From Neoechinorhynchus agilis (Eukaryota; Animalia; Acanthocephala): 64,000 nucleotides of DNA. The position numbers and the translations under genes were made by a program. Positions within the stretch are counted from its first letter, which is position 1. Every line of letters begins with the position of its first letter. Shown here in pieces: positions 12,336 to 24,789 of this stretch. Below the pieces are notes generated by a model that was given only the letters and a program-made list of their open reading frames with translations, was not told the DNA's origin and ran no database searches. Location of the stretch: the NCBI GenBank assembly GCA_051530055.1, contig CM121343.1, positions 4,620,389 through 4,684,388 of the forward strand, written 5' to 3'.

Positions 12336-13039
12336 TCAAAGACAACCACATGCGCCAAAATCAGTGAATTTCGGAGAGTTTGTGCAACCCGCGGTGCCAT
12401 TGTAATCGGTGCCTTTATTGATGTCCACACCCGAACCAATCTGTGATGACCGAACAGTTTCGTGCTGCAGATATTGATCGAGTGCTTTTTCCGCGATTGC
12501 GTAGAATGCCTTTGAAACATTTGTACCGTCTCTTGCGCTTGTCTCGAAAAATAAAATATGCATATTTTCGGCCAATTCTGTTGCATTCTCCTTTGCAACT
12601 TCGATTTTATCATTCATATCGATTTTATTTCCTAACATCATTTTCACAATTCGAGGTGGTGCCTGCTTCTCGATTCTCGACAACCAATTGGTTATATTAT
12701 GAAAACTCTTTGCACTTGTGACGTCGTAAATGAGAACAACGGCATTGGCGCCTCTATAATAACTCGTGGTTATTGTATGAAACCTTTCTTGCCCGGCTGT
12801 ATCCCATATCTTAAAATAAGGTTTTTAGCGATATTGAAACGAATCTCAATAATAACCTGCAACTTTACAATCCTACCGGATATCTGAACAGTAACAACTT
12901 TGAAATCAATTCCAATTGTCGATATGAAACTGTCATTGTAATCATCACAACAAAACCTTTGAAGGATGCACGTCTTACCCACGCCGCTATCGCCAACCAA
13001 CAATATCTTCAACAATACATCATAATTTCGTTTGGCCAT
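12336..13039 (-). CDS. RAB8: Rab GTPase, Rab8/10/13 group; exons 13039-12857 and 12809-12336
   Basis: [21 protein letters not shown]|[10 protein letters not shown] across a 47-nt GT-AG intron (12856-12810), GNKID, FETSA, C-terminal CGCL prenylation motif. Confidence 0.85.
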
Positions 13040-13374
13040 TTCGTAAGTAGAGCGAATAGACGACCAGATTTAGTTGATGTTTCACTTCCACCAATCACAC
13101 TTTCTTCCGTAATCCACTTCTGCACTCTCGGTCACATTTGTGGATGAAGTCCGTCATTGGAAATTCCAATAATCTTAACCAATCTTTGATCAGTTAAGTT
13201 TTCAGAGGATCGACGGCGCGCATATTTTTGTTGTATTGTAAAAATATTGAATTTTTGTCACTGTACCGAGAATTTTTGGAGATATTTCAAATTTGAAACT
13301 TTTCTTCAATGAATGCCCTGCATCCATCAATTTAATATGATATTCTCGTTCCAGAATATTCGCTGTGATTTACT

Positions 13375-15606
13375 ATGCTTTTCTCATTTACGCCTACTGC
13401 GACAACAGCTCAATCCATTGGCAGTTTATTTGGACCAAAAACAACGAGCAATTCATTGAGCACTACGGCCGGCTCCAATATATTCGGTGGTACAACAACG
13501 GCCTCGTCTGTTGGATCAATTTTTGGGCGACCACTGAATAAAAATCCACAAATCAACGAGCAAGCCAAGTCTATAGAAGAGGAGGCCAAAGCATTGGATG
13601 AGAGGCTTGTGAAAATTTTGGAAACTGATAAACTCTTTGGAGATGAACGCGACGATGTAGTTCGAAAGTTCAATTGCATTCAGTTGACTTTTGGGTTCGG
13701 TCATGCGATTGAATCGATCAACGAATCTGTGGATATTGAAAAGTCATCGAATAAACACGATCAGTTCAAGGTTAGATTTTTTTTATAGTTTAAAGATCAT
13801 GAGGTTGAAATTTAAAGACGTGCGTGTATAACATCCGCAAATCAGTAGAGGAGAATAATATTGTCTGTATGGTATTTGATGAGTCCTATAAGGAGTTAAA
13901 ACTTCATAGTCAGGAAATCGTAGATGCTTTAAAGAAGGTTTTCAAAATTACGGACAATTCTATCGAAGTTCGTCTGGACTCAATGTATGCTACATCGGAC
14001 AGTCAAACATGTCAAGATTTCCATATCCGAAAAGGAGACTCGTCGGATTTATCCGGCCATAAGGATATAATTGCTGCTAAGGTCATAGTAGATTATATGG
14101 AAAAGATGTTTACGGAGACTTCATTACTTGGAGAAGTGAACGCAGGCAAGGAAGCTCTCCAGAAACTCAAGATGGTTAAGTGCTATGAACAAAAGAGCTG
14201 GACGGATGAAGATGTTGATTTGTATCAAAAACAAGTTCCTGAAGGTAAAAACGGCCATTTAATGTCTACGTTTTTATTAAGTACTTTGATCGTAGGTATG
14301 CCCGTCAAGATATGGGAAACTGCAGTTCTGGGCAATCCAGATCCGCATCGATTACTTCCATGTCCAATACAAGGATTTGAAGGTGGGTCGCATTATCTTT
14401 TTATAAAAATGAGTATGTTTTATAAGTGTGCATATATTTGAGGATATTCAAATGTTTTTCAGACGGCTCTTTTTATGCACTGATTTATTGGTCAAGGAAA
14501 CGCTGATGGCACAGAACAACCAAACGGGACGGAGAGGATCCGGTGGAATGGACAGACATCAATAAATGGACAATCCTGTGGGCCCAAATCAGCCAAAGAG
14601 CAATTTTTTAGTGTAACATCCGTGTTTTAAGTTCCTGGATTTCTTTCAAATATGTCGTGAATTGAAGTTTTTCTAGGCTAATTTTGTTTCCCCGGATAAA
14701 ACGCATATTTTATCGAAATAATTCGAAAGAGACAACTAAAAACTTCTCAGGTGGCTAATGAGGCGGCTTCCTCCTCTTTCAAAATATGTTTTTTTTTATT
14801 AGAATCTTCAATTTTCTATTTGGTTACTTTTCTTTACATTCACCACCTCCCACCAAATTCCAGCTTTTGTCCTTCCTCGACCGTCGCCATCACGCTGGCA
14901 GCATTGCCCCGTTGTACTGCCAGCGAGATATTTTGTCGAAGAAATAAGCCTGCTCTTGAGTCTCCGGTTGCCTCTCTCAATTTCTTCGAGAGATCCTTGA
15001 GCAGAGAGAGTGCCGAGCTGCCGAGCGCTCTAATGCAACACAATACTAATTTTTATCGCTTTAAATCACGTTTTGGTTGAAATAAACATAGAATGCTTCG
15101 AAATAATCAATTAAAATTCGAACAAAATTGAACATTTAGAGCTCAAAAAAAGGATAAACATTCAAACATGCCAAATGCGCATTCAAGAAACAAAGTTACA
15201 ATCGCTAAAAAGGGATTTACGAGATATTTATGTCTCTTGTGATAGCATTCAATTTGTGCTCGCTGATTTATTGAGATGGCGAGATCGGTATATAAATCGG
15301 CTATTGGATATTTGCTGTAAAATGGAAGTGTGTAGACGCCAATCGATTCCGGTATCGATCGAAGAACAGAACTTAAGAACATGTATTGAAATGCTCATCG
15401 AAAAATCCAATACACCTGTGATTGGATTACGAGCGAAGATTAACTCCTTGCAAGGTCGGATTGAAGAAATTCTTCAGGAACGCGAATCTCAGGTAGAGCG
15501 CCGCCGATGCCCTTCGGACCGCTTGAACACCGTTGACTTACGTGAACTGGCAAATATATTAATTCAGTTACAACGCGCAATAGAACTGATCGCAAAGAGA
15601 CTTTAA
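13375..15606 (+). CDS. NUP54: Nucleoporin Nup54; exons 13375-13770, 13818-14382, 15140-15606
   Basis: N-terminal FG repeats (LFG, IFGG, IFG), WETAVLGNPDPHRLLPCPIQGFE|ELKKRINIQ, and C-terminal coiled coil EEQNLRTCIEML. Splicing the 47-nt and 757-nt GT-AG introns keeps the frame. Confidence 0.85.
14788..15043 (-). mobile_element. 3'-terminal fragment of a CRE-type non-LTR retrotransposon with poly(A), antisense in Nup54 intron 2
   Basis: LGSSALSLLKDLSKKLREATGDSRAGLFLRQNISLAVQRGNAASVMATVEEGQKLEFGGRW is nearly identical to the end of the 38.7-40.8 kb element. An AATAAAAAAAAA tail follows. Confidence 0.9.
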
Positions 15607-15803
15607 AAGGAATGCTTGCATTGGAGCGAGAACTAAAATCTTTACGAATGAGCTTAGTGTGTACTTTTTGCGGCAATTGTCGCGATCTTTTAAGATTATT
15701 TTTGCAACCGAAAACACCGTAGTTTCTTCCGTGTTGCCATTATTCTTTGCACTCTGTGCTTCGCCATCGTTTGCCTACGTTCTCTTCTTACACGCATTTG
15801 ATA

Positions 15804-17051
15804 ATGGAGCTCCACATTGTCGATCCATCAAGCCCGCTCAGTTGGCCGTGTTTAGTGGCTAATGAGTTAGCTACTGAAAAGGCTAAAGTACTCGTTGGTG
15901 ACGATGCAAATGGGGATCTTCGGAGAAAATCGATTAGTGATTATCATCACCAACAGCCAGTATTGACTTGTAATGAATGCGTTCATCTTTTCACGACAAA
16001 TTCTATTTCGTTTGCACTAAGCACTCCAGATCTCCGAATGGATAAGTGCCGATTGCTTCAAGCAGAACTTATAAACTGGATAGATTTCGCCAAAAGTGAG
16101 ATTTACCCAGCTGTAGAGACATTTCTTTATCCGTATATCGGTCTCATGGACGCAAATAAAGAGAATGTGGCGGCTGCGAAGTCCCAACTAGTCAAGATCA
16201 TTTCTTTGATTGATTCTCACTTGAAGACGCTCACCTTCCTGGTCGGTGATCGATTTTCTTTGGCCGATATTACAGTTTTCTCGTTTTTGGTCGATGTATT
16301 GAGTCTGCTGATCGGCAACGATTCGCTCAGAGACTTTGTTCATTTCAATCGTTATTGGAGATTGATTTCTAACCAGTCGGTTATCAAAAAAGTAATTGGG
16401 ACTTTTAAGCCGTGTACCAAAGCTCCTGCTGATCTTGAAAATGGAACTAGAGGAAATCTGAAACGAATCTACTGTAAGGCTGCCGCCGTACAGAAGAAGC
16501 AAGTTAAAGAAGTAGCGAGTAAAACTGCGGAGGAACTTTCTTTTGCTGAGCAGGCAGAAAATGACGTTCCCGACAAAGATCCATTTGCTTCAATGCCCAA
16601 AGGCAGTTTTGATATGGATGAATTTAAACGGGTTTATTCGAACAATGATACCGTTACAGTTGCGATCCCATATTTCTGGAACAAATTCGATGCTAAAAAT
16701 TATTCGGTTTGGCACTGCGTTTACAAGTATCCAGAGGAGCTGCGATTGACCTTCATGACGGCGAATTTAGTGTCGGGTATGATGCAAAGATTGGATAAAA
16801 TGCGAAAATACGCTTTTGGTAGTATTTGTATCTTTGGGGAAGATAATAAAAATCAAATCAGCGGAATTTGGATATGGAGAGGACACAATCTCGCTTTTGA
16901 ACTAAGTCCCGACTGGTCTATTGATTATGAGTCTTATACATGGAGGAAGATCGACGATCCGCAAGCCGAAAAGAAACTCATCAACGAATTTTTCTCATGG
17001 GAGTGCAACCACGAAGGTATGAAATTCAACCAGGGCAAAATCTTCAAATAA
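15804..17051 (+). CDS. EEF1G: Elongation factor 1-gamma, intronless, 415 aa from the internal ATG
   Basis: GST-like N-domain (TFLVGDRFSLADI) and EF1G C-domain DPFASMPKGSFDMDEFKRVYSN...YFWNKFDAKNYSVW...FMTANLVSGMMQRLDKMRKYAFG...QGKIFK. Confidence 0.97.
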   Translation: MELHIVDPSSPLSWPCLVANELATEKAKVLVGDDANGDLRRKSISDYHHQQPVLTCNECVHLFTTNSISFALSTPDLRMDKCRLLQAELINWIDFAKSEIYPAVETFLYPYIGLMDANKENVAAAKSQLVKIISLIDSHLKTLTFLVGDRFSLADITVFSFLVDVLSLLIGNDSLRDFVHFNRYWRLISNQSVIKKVIGTFKPCTKAPADLENGTRGNLKRIYCKAAAVQKKQVKEVASKTAEELSFAEQAENDVPDKDPFASMPKGSFDMDEFKRVYSNNDTVTVAIPYFWNKFDAKNYSVWHCVYKYPEELRLTFMTANLVSGMMQRLDKMRKYAFGSICIFGEDNKNQISGIWIWRGHNLAFELSPDWSIDYESYTWRKIDDPQAEKKLINEFFSWECNHEGMKFNQGKIFK

Positions 17052-18762
17052 AAGACTCAAGGAGCAGACTTTACAGGAGAACCCACCTCTTGGACGTACG
17101 AAAAAACCAATTTAGTCGATCTGTTTCTTGAACACTGAAATTAAAGATCTTCGTGCAATATTAAAATTATTTTTTGTTTGCATCCGGTTTAAAAATTAAA
17201 AGAATTTATCGATTCCGATTGTTTTCGGAACCGTAATCTTGTAAGCCTTTTGATCATGGTTGCTCGTAACTTTTTAAATATGAAACTTAGTCACCAATTC
17301 CGTTTTATGCTCTGCGCTTATTTAAAAACCTTTGTCGCTAAGATTAATTTTAAATTGCTGTTGCACGATATTTAAATCGATTTTTGCTTGTTTCTGGTTA
17401 TTCCCAAAAAAATATCACTGTAAAGAAGTTGTTCATTTATGTGTTCTTTGGTGAGATGAGAAAAATAGATATTGATTTATTATTGATCTCAATATTTCGT
17501 CCACGAGACGAAATATTGAGATCAATAAAACGGTCTCTTAATCAAACTCCTGTAGATCAATGAGTGACTCATTGTCGAAAAAATCACGAGCATACTTGCC
17601 ACTTTTGCGATATGAGAATAAAATGGTGAGTTTTTGTTATTGGACTACAGCGATTTTCTGGCTATTCATTGCACTTTTTCAATCGGTCTTTCGGTTTGGA
17701 TCCTATAAGCAAACCAACACTACGTTTTTTCTGAAAAGAGAACACGGTGCCTCCTCACTACCTCGGTTTATAAAATTTACATTTCAAACGCTTTGGAATC
17801 GCTCAAGTTTGCCTTTAAGCTGATTCGATTTCTTAAAAATAACAGCGTAGTTTGTGGAATATCCGATACCGTGATAACATGAGAATTGTTCTGTAAATCT
17901 GCATTCTTTGTGCGTGATCCAAATCAATTTGTTCTTCTAAAGTGCATTTGTCAGTTGGAGTTTAAAAGTTCCCAACGGAGGAACACTTATCCTCTATTAC
18001 CTCTGATAAGCAAAATAGTTGGATCCAGGGGAGTTTCTTCTTCAACCTTGGTTAAAAATTCTGCTTGGTCCGACGGTACCAATCAGGTGCGCTCTTTAGT
18101 GATCTAAGATATCGAGAACAATAAATCAATTTCGATTTTTCTTATCACAAAAGAACACAAATAACTTCTTTAAATAACAAAAATTGGACCCACTTGATTT
18201 TGGGTCATCTTTTTACATTGTTTTTGATGAAGATAGAATAATCGTTATTTGAGCGATAAACAATATTGGACTGAAAACAATGGAATGCGGATTTGGCGAT
18301 GTCGGGGGTTGTCCCTTTTTTCTGAGAATATCCTGTACGGGGACGTCCACACAAAACGCTTATCGCAGCACCGTTCAAAATTTTGTCCTATAAACGGTAA
18401 AATGTTCAATTGCTTCTCCTAAAGAGATGTAAAAAACTGAAACGAATTGCACTTGGCGCTATTTCCCTTCGGATATAAACAAAAGTTATTTCGCCAATTA
18501 AGAGTTCACGATTTCTGCATGAAAGGCTAAAGTCCACTTTGAAGAACAAGACTTGGAAAAGTCCTAGATTTTGGAATGACATTCTAGAAAACGGAATCCT
18601 TACAAACGCTGACAACTATTAATCGTGGCTTAACTGTCCACAGTTGATCCAATGACAGTTTTCTGAAAAATGCTGGAAGAATTCTCGAGATTTGTCTTAT
18701 GGAGCTGTGTAAATCCTCTTTTTGAAGCAAAACAAGAAACGAACTCGGTAAGAACATTTAAG

Positions 18763-21700
18763 ATGATTGACATTGAGAGTGAGGTTGAACGAGTGACAGC
18801 CGATGATAACTTAAGCGAAGACCTCAGTGCAATGCTGGATATAGTCGAGAGGGTGTCCAGAGATCAAATAAGTGGAAGTGATCGATTCATTCACGCGCTT
18901 TCGAAAAGAATCCGAATTGGTATAAAGAGTCCATTCGTCCTGATGCAATGCTTGAGCCTACTGAATATCGCAGTGAGGAATTGTAATGATAATGTGAAAT
19001 TGAAAATCAGCGGACGTGAATTTATCGATGACCTTAGACTTGTTTCGAATAAAGCGCCTTGGAAACTTGTCAACGTCCTTGCTTGTTTCCTTAAAAGTTG
19101 GATTGACAATAAAGATTTGGTTGGCAAGAGGCACAGGTTTGTCCTTTTCCTTAAATGATCCCCTCATCGTTGTTTAGTCTCATATCCGCGTTGTACTTGG
19201 ATTTAAGTGCTCGTGGGTTCGGAAAGGACGATGCATACGTTAATGTACGTGCCTAACCTTTATTTTAAGCCTTAGCTTCGATCTTGTGAATGACGACGCT
19301 TTTTGTTTTCTTTTATTGATTTTCCTCGGGTTTAGTCCAGGAGTAATCTTTTTAAATCGGTTTTAGGGTATTTTTGAATCATTCAAAACAATTTTGTTCA
19401 GGGTGTCGTCCAGGAGTAATCTTTTTAAATCGGTTTTAGGGTATTTTTTAATCATTCAAAACAATTTTGTTCGAGGTGTCGTCCAGGAGTAATCTTTTTA
19501 AATCGGTTTTAGGGTATTTTTGAATCATTCAAAACAATTTTGTTCGAGGTGTCGTCCAGGAGTAATCTTTTTAAATCGGTTTTAGGGTATTTTTGTATCA
19601 TTCAAAATAATTTTGTTCGAGACTTTTTCAGATGTGCGTTCGCGAAAAGAAAACAACTTGTTGAAAATTAAAATCCACCGAAATTTTCTCAACAACAGTT
19701 TGCTGTGTAGCATATTTTCGCATTTCGACCACAAAATGGGCTAAAAATGGTCGAATTATCCATCTCCCCGACTTGTCGTCATTTCCGGCTCAGTAAAAGC
19801 CGCAGTTGTGACTTCATTATTTGTGATCATTGTTTTCCGTTTCGTCACGCGAATCGGTCATATAGTCTATTGGTTCATTGTTAAAATGGAGTATCGGATC
19901 AATGTAAAGTCTGTTCCTCCTTTCTTTTTTCAGGAATCTGATATTTTAGAGTGCCAGTAATGTCGTCGATATTAGAAGCCCTGACTAATAATTGAGAAAG
20001 TATGTGAATACGATTTATTTAAATGCCACCACGAGGTATTTTCGTTTCAAAATAAGTCCTTCTCATTTGAAGAAACCGCAGTGTAAATTGCGACAGTAGC
20101 TATCTTCATCTCCAGGACGCAATATCCTTATATATAAGACTAAGCTGAATTGTACTAAGTACCCTTTATTGACGATCGATCATTAATTAACAATGGCAAG
20201 ATTAATTTAAATCAGTTAATATTTGCGAACAACAAGGGATATGTTGATCTACTAAAACTCTCAATTGCCGTTTTAAAACCAGCCAACAAAACTCTTTACA
20301 GGAGCTGGAATTCTTTAATGTTTTTGCTAACAAGTCGGTTATATTGATTCTTTGTTTTTGGAACATCACTTACTCGGCTTATTTTCCTTCACTTGGGCAC
20401 ACAGCCAAACCGATCTCTTATATATCAGAGAAGTGATTGAATCACTTAGACTCTAATGCAAATACGGTCTGATGTAAGAGACCGGTTTGTATGCCCAATC
20501 TTGATAATTCATTAATTTCACCACTTTAACGAAACTATTGACTTTTAAATTCCTAATCGCCAATGAGTCTGAAATAAAAAGTTTTTATTTAGGAAAGCTT
20601 TGGAAAAGTAAGTCAATCGGAAATCAATCTTGCGATAAAGGAAAAGGAAGAAAGTGACTTAGCGGCAGGTACGTCTATTTTAAAGTGTGGGCATTTTCTA
20701 ATGCCTGAATTTTTACATCATCAGCAATCGAGGAAAGTTTGAAACTATCTAATGGTGAAGCTGAGTTGAAATCAACTCAAAAAATAGTCTTAGCACTATA
20801 TGACTTTGAAGCCATTGAGTCGGATGAGATGACGTTTTCAGCAGGCGATTTGATTACCCTTGAAGATCATGACGGGTTCGTGTTTTCAATTCGCAGCCCA
20901 TTTACCCAGTTAGTGTTATAGAGATGAAGGCTGGTATAGAGGAAGATTAGGAAATCGATCTGGTTTAATTCCAACATCGTTTGTAACATTTGACCTAAAT
21001 GCGAATCTAATGGTTCATCCGAAGACTCATGATAATAAACCAGCCAAAGAGAGTGACAATGAATCATCATTTTTAGAGCAAACCAATAATTCTAATGAAA
21101 TCGTTATTGACGAGACAAAAATCAACGATTGCCTTACGTACCTCCATAGTCTTAACCCGGATTCTTCATCCACTGATGAACCTGAACGGTTTAAGATGGA
21201 GGACGAGTGCTATCAGATGGGACCCTTGATCGACAGTGAGTTAAATCATATTGATAGATCGCTTGATCGTTGTAGCGATGCTTATGGGAAATTGGTCACT
21301 GCAATGCAATCATATCACAGATTAACAGAAGAACAACACCAGAACACAGTTAATCCTTGGTTGTGGATTAGATCACAGCCCATTTCTCAAACCAATAATA
21401 CCCAGTCAAGCATGCAAATTAATCTTCAAAGAAACCATGAACCGATTTTACAAACTGGCCACGGGCTAGTGCCTGTTCAATATCCTTTCAGTGCGTCAAG
21501 CGAATCCTCGAACATTCCTGGTCAGAACTACTTATCGACGACTGCAGTTTCCATGCCACAACAATTAACTCATCAATCCATGTACACTTCAAATCCAACT
21601 TATTATTCCCATCCCTCCGTAATGGCAAATATGCAATGTCTCAAATCATTAGAATCAAGAACACCACAATCGATTTCAGTTCAACAAACACCCGCTTACG

Positions 21701-21957
21701 TTGAGCGACATTTCCGATTACAACATCAGCCACAATTAATGCCCGGCACTCAGTTTCTGCCACCTACGGTTCAAGCTCAATGTGATATTGATCAACCACC
21801 CCAGCGCCTAAGTGGGACACAAGTGCCACTTTTTAGGTCGAACGAAGATACCTCACGCGATTCATCATCTTACTCAATGCCAAGCGTTACTCATCATTAT
21901 AATGTTACGGAGGAAACGGATCAAAATAATTCTCATTCAAACTATAGCCGTCAATGA
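18763..21957 (+). CDS. STAM: STAM (ESCRT-0): VHS-UIM-SH3-GAT, multi-exon; middle exons only partly resolved
   Basis: VHS (SEVERVTADDNLSEDLSAMLDIVERV), UIM (EESDLAA|AIEESLK), SH3 (ALYDFEAIESDEMTFSAGD...GWYRGRLGNRSGLIPTSFV) and GAT (MEDECYQMGPLIDSELNHIDR). Confidence 0.9.
19335..19621. repeat. Tandem repeat, 73-bp unit, ~4 copies, within a STAM intron
   Basis: GTCCAGGAGTAATC begins at 19335, 19408, 19481 and 19554. Confidence 0.95.
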
Positions 21958-22580
21958 GACAGGTACAAGCGGCATCTATATACACGCGATTTAATAAATC
22001 CTCTAATTTACTTACCGACCACAGGCTCTACCTCCTCAGGTTTATCACATATAAGCCTAAAACATCGACCTCGTTTCTCATGAGGTCAACTTGCTTGTAC
22101 TTGATTTAATTCATTATTGATAGCGATCTAATATAAACTCTTCTAAGCTTACTTTTTGACTTTTGTGCTTCCTAATGTCGACTTTTCGACCGTTTAGTTT
22201 GTATTTTTATACTAGTTGGTAAACTGTTAAAAATACCGTCGCCGCAGTTATACAAGGCTTTGTAAATATCCACTAATTACAATTAATTTCGTCAAGTATA
22301 CAAAATGAACATTCATTGTCAATAAGGGTTTAGTTTACAGTCGCCACTCAATTTTGTCTTAAAATGTTATAAACTTACAAAAACTAGTCATGACAGCTAA
22401 AACTCCATAGCGCTATTAAATTCACTTTTTACACCGCTAAGAAACTTAAAAATCGAATTTTTATATTTTCGGTTTTTATTGTGAATTTCTTTTTTATATC
22501 TTGATATTTCATTTGTGTGTGTGTGTGCGCGGAATCTCACGTCCGAAAAAAATTTAACCCCGCAATACCCTTTCAGAAGA

Positions 22581-23330
22581 ATGCGTTTTTGGGACTTTTA
22601 TAATCGAACTGCCGACCGCGTCGATCACTACCGGAATGTTATTCGATATTATCGATACTATATGCATCATCGATTTATTCTTGGGGATTGGAGTTATGAT
22701 CTGCGACCAACAACAGGCGTGTTCACTGGTGTGGATAACGACCGAAGACCTTTCCGTTATATAGCTACATGCCTATTTAAGAGCAGTTTGATTGGTCTAC
22801 CGATCGCGTCGATTGCATATTACCGAAGTTACGATCTGTATCATCAATCTGTGGCATCATCTCGTTGGAATGCTTTTCGTCTATACAAACGGTTTCCAGC
22901 TTTCGGTCTTGCATACAGTCTTGGAGTGATATCATCGAGTTTTCTTTTTGATTTACCCAATTCACCAGTTAACCACGGAGTCGCTGGAACTATTGCTGCA
23001 TACACCTTCCGGAACTCGTTGAAATGGTCGGGTCAGGTCGTTAAATCCGGCCCCGGCAGTGGGATAAAGTTTTTTTGTGGTGCATTGTGCGCGGGAGGAT
23101 TCATGGCAACTCTCAAATTGATTGCTATCACTAGTCCGGATTTAAAAGAAGAACCACAACTGTATTTAAATCCTCTTCACTGGAGAAAGGGCTCTACTCC
23201 TCTTTATAATGACATTGATGAACGACGTTTGAAGTATGCGAAGTTGAATGAATCATTCATTGACTACCAAATGGAAAGAAATAAGGAATTTGAAAACCAA
23301 TACATAAAAGATAGTAGAGATTATAAATGA
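22581..23330 (+). CDS. Tim17/22/23-family mitochondrial membrane protein, NDUFA11 (B14.7)-like, intronless
   Basis: Hydrophobic helices with Gly motifs. DLPNSPVNHGVAGTIAA resembles the PDDPLNYFxGGxAGG motif of NDUFA11 from memory. The ATG at 22581 follows TTTCAG. Confidence 0.55.
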   Translation: MRFWDFYNRTADRVDHYRNVIRYYRYYMHHRFILGDWSYDLRPTTGVFTGVDNDRRPFRYIATCLFKSSLIGLPIASIAYYRSYDLYHQSVASSRWNAFRLYKRFPAFGLAYSLGVISSSFLFDLPNSPVNHGVAGTIAAYTFRNSLKWSGQVVKSGPGSGIKFFCGALCAGGFMATLKLIAITSPDLKEEPQLYLNPLHWRKGSTPLYNDIDERRLKYAKLNESFIDYQMERNKEFENQYIKDSRDYK

Positions 23331-23415
23331 GCAAAGTCGATTAGTTTATTAACCTCTTATTAGTGCAAATACCTTTATTGCTATACTCTTTAGATTGGGA
23401 TTTTTCCTTCTATAG

Positions 23416-24022
23416 ATGGTACCACAATTGTCAGATTTACAAAGTTAGTTCAAATCGTGAAGTTCACTCAATTTTACTTGAACGCCTAGGAATCGGAGTT
23501 GGTCTTCTATTATTCGGATTATCCTTCCTGACCTTAGGAACTTTACTCTTTTTTGATAGAGGCTTGTTAGCTATTGGAAACGTGAGTGAACGCATAATAA
23601 ACATTTTTAGCTTCACAAAAATATCAGTTGCTGTTAGTTGTCGGAGTCGTACTCATTATTGGCCTGGAACGCGCATTGCGGTTCTTTTTTCGGAAATCCA
23701 ACCGTACATCTACATTCGCGCTCAGCGGTGGAATGATTGTCGTCTTAGCAGGATGGACAATCTTCGGTATGATTCTTGAATTATACGGACTTGCTGCACT
23801 TTTTGGGTATGGCAAAATCCGACTAATGTAGATATAATTTCTATTTTATTTAGTGGATTCATACCAGTCCTCATAAACTATTTAAGGAATCTGCCCGGTA
23901 TCGGACACGTGCTAATGCTTCCAGGCATCAAACAGGTAAATCGATTATATTAAATTAATAACTGCAATAATTTTTGAACTTAGGTGGTCGATTCTATAAG
24001 TATGCCGAAGACAATGGTATAA
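23416..24022 (+). CDS. GOLT1B: Golgi transport protein GOT1; 5 exons, introns of 46, 46, 47 and 48 nt
   Basis: Spliced product MVPQLSDLQRIGVGLLLFGLSFLTLGTLLFFDRGLLAIGNLLLVVGVVLIIGLERALRFFFRK...YGLAALFGGFIPVLINYLRNLPGIG...; every GT-AG junction preserves the frame. Confidence 0.93.
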
Positions 24023-24789
24023 AAACATTTCTGACATGTATTTCGGTTATTCATCAATAAAAAGAGGTTATTCAGAGTAAATGAAAAACCCACTTGTGTA
24101 AATTATTTCGTTGGAAGTTCCGACGAAGAAATTCCTTTTTTAAATAAGAGTGGTAGAGTGAAATTAAAATGTTCAATGTTTAGCTTCTCGGATGCATCAC
24201 TTATCCTACTTTTTGTGCCGATCTTGATTCTCAAGCTAATAAACTATAGGTCCATACTAATCCTTTCGCGAGTCAAAAATAAATGGAGTATTTAATCTGA
24301 TTAGGACGTTGTCAGTATCGCTCTTTGGTTTATGGAGAGTTTTGTGAGTTTGAAATAACAATTGAATCGCTCGACAATTTAAACTTTTCATATCGTGATC
24401 ATAAGCAATGATAATGTTTAAAACAAGGTCTTTGGCGAAAATTGATCTAGATACATTTCGCATTACTGGATTTTCCTATATCTAGCCACTCCGATCATTA
24501 TGCATACTTGGCGTTTAAAAAAGAAATTTAGATTATTCTAAAATAAAGGGACAATTTACCCGTGTCAAACATATAAGTACGCATTTTTCTTTAGCATTAA
24601 TAAGTCGATATGTTGAGCTTAATAGGGGAAAAGAGACCACTTGAAGTATTCCAAGGTAACAAAATAGTGAATAGACACGAAAAAAATAGAACGGAATCTA
24701 GTAAAGATCACATTGAAAAGTTGCTTTTTTAATCGAATAGGAAATAGTTTATTGATGGAATATAGGAACTTTATTTTAAGCCATAAGAT

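Noticed and set aside
18150-18420. P2X-receptor-like phrase DYSIFIKNNV on the minus strand
   Set aside because: Short match followed by a stop, with no conserved cysteines or further motifs.
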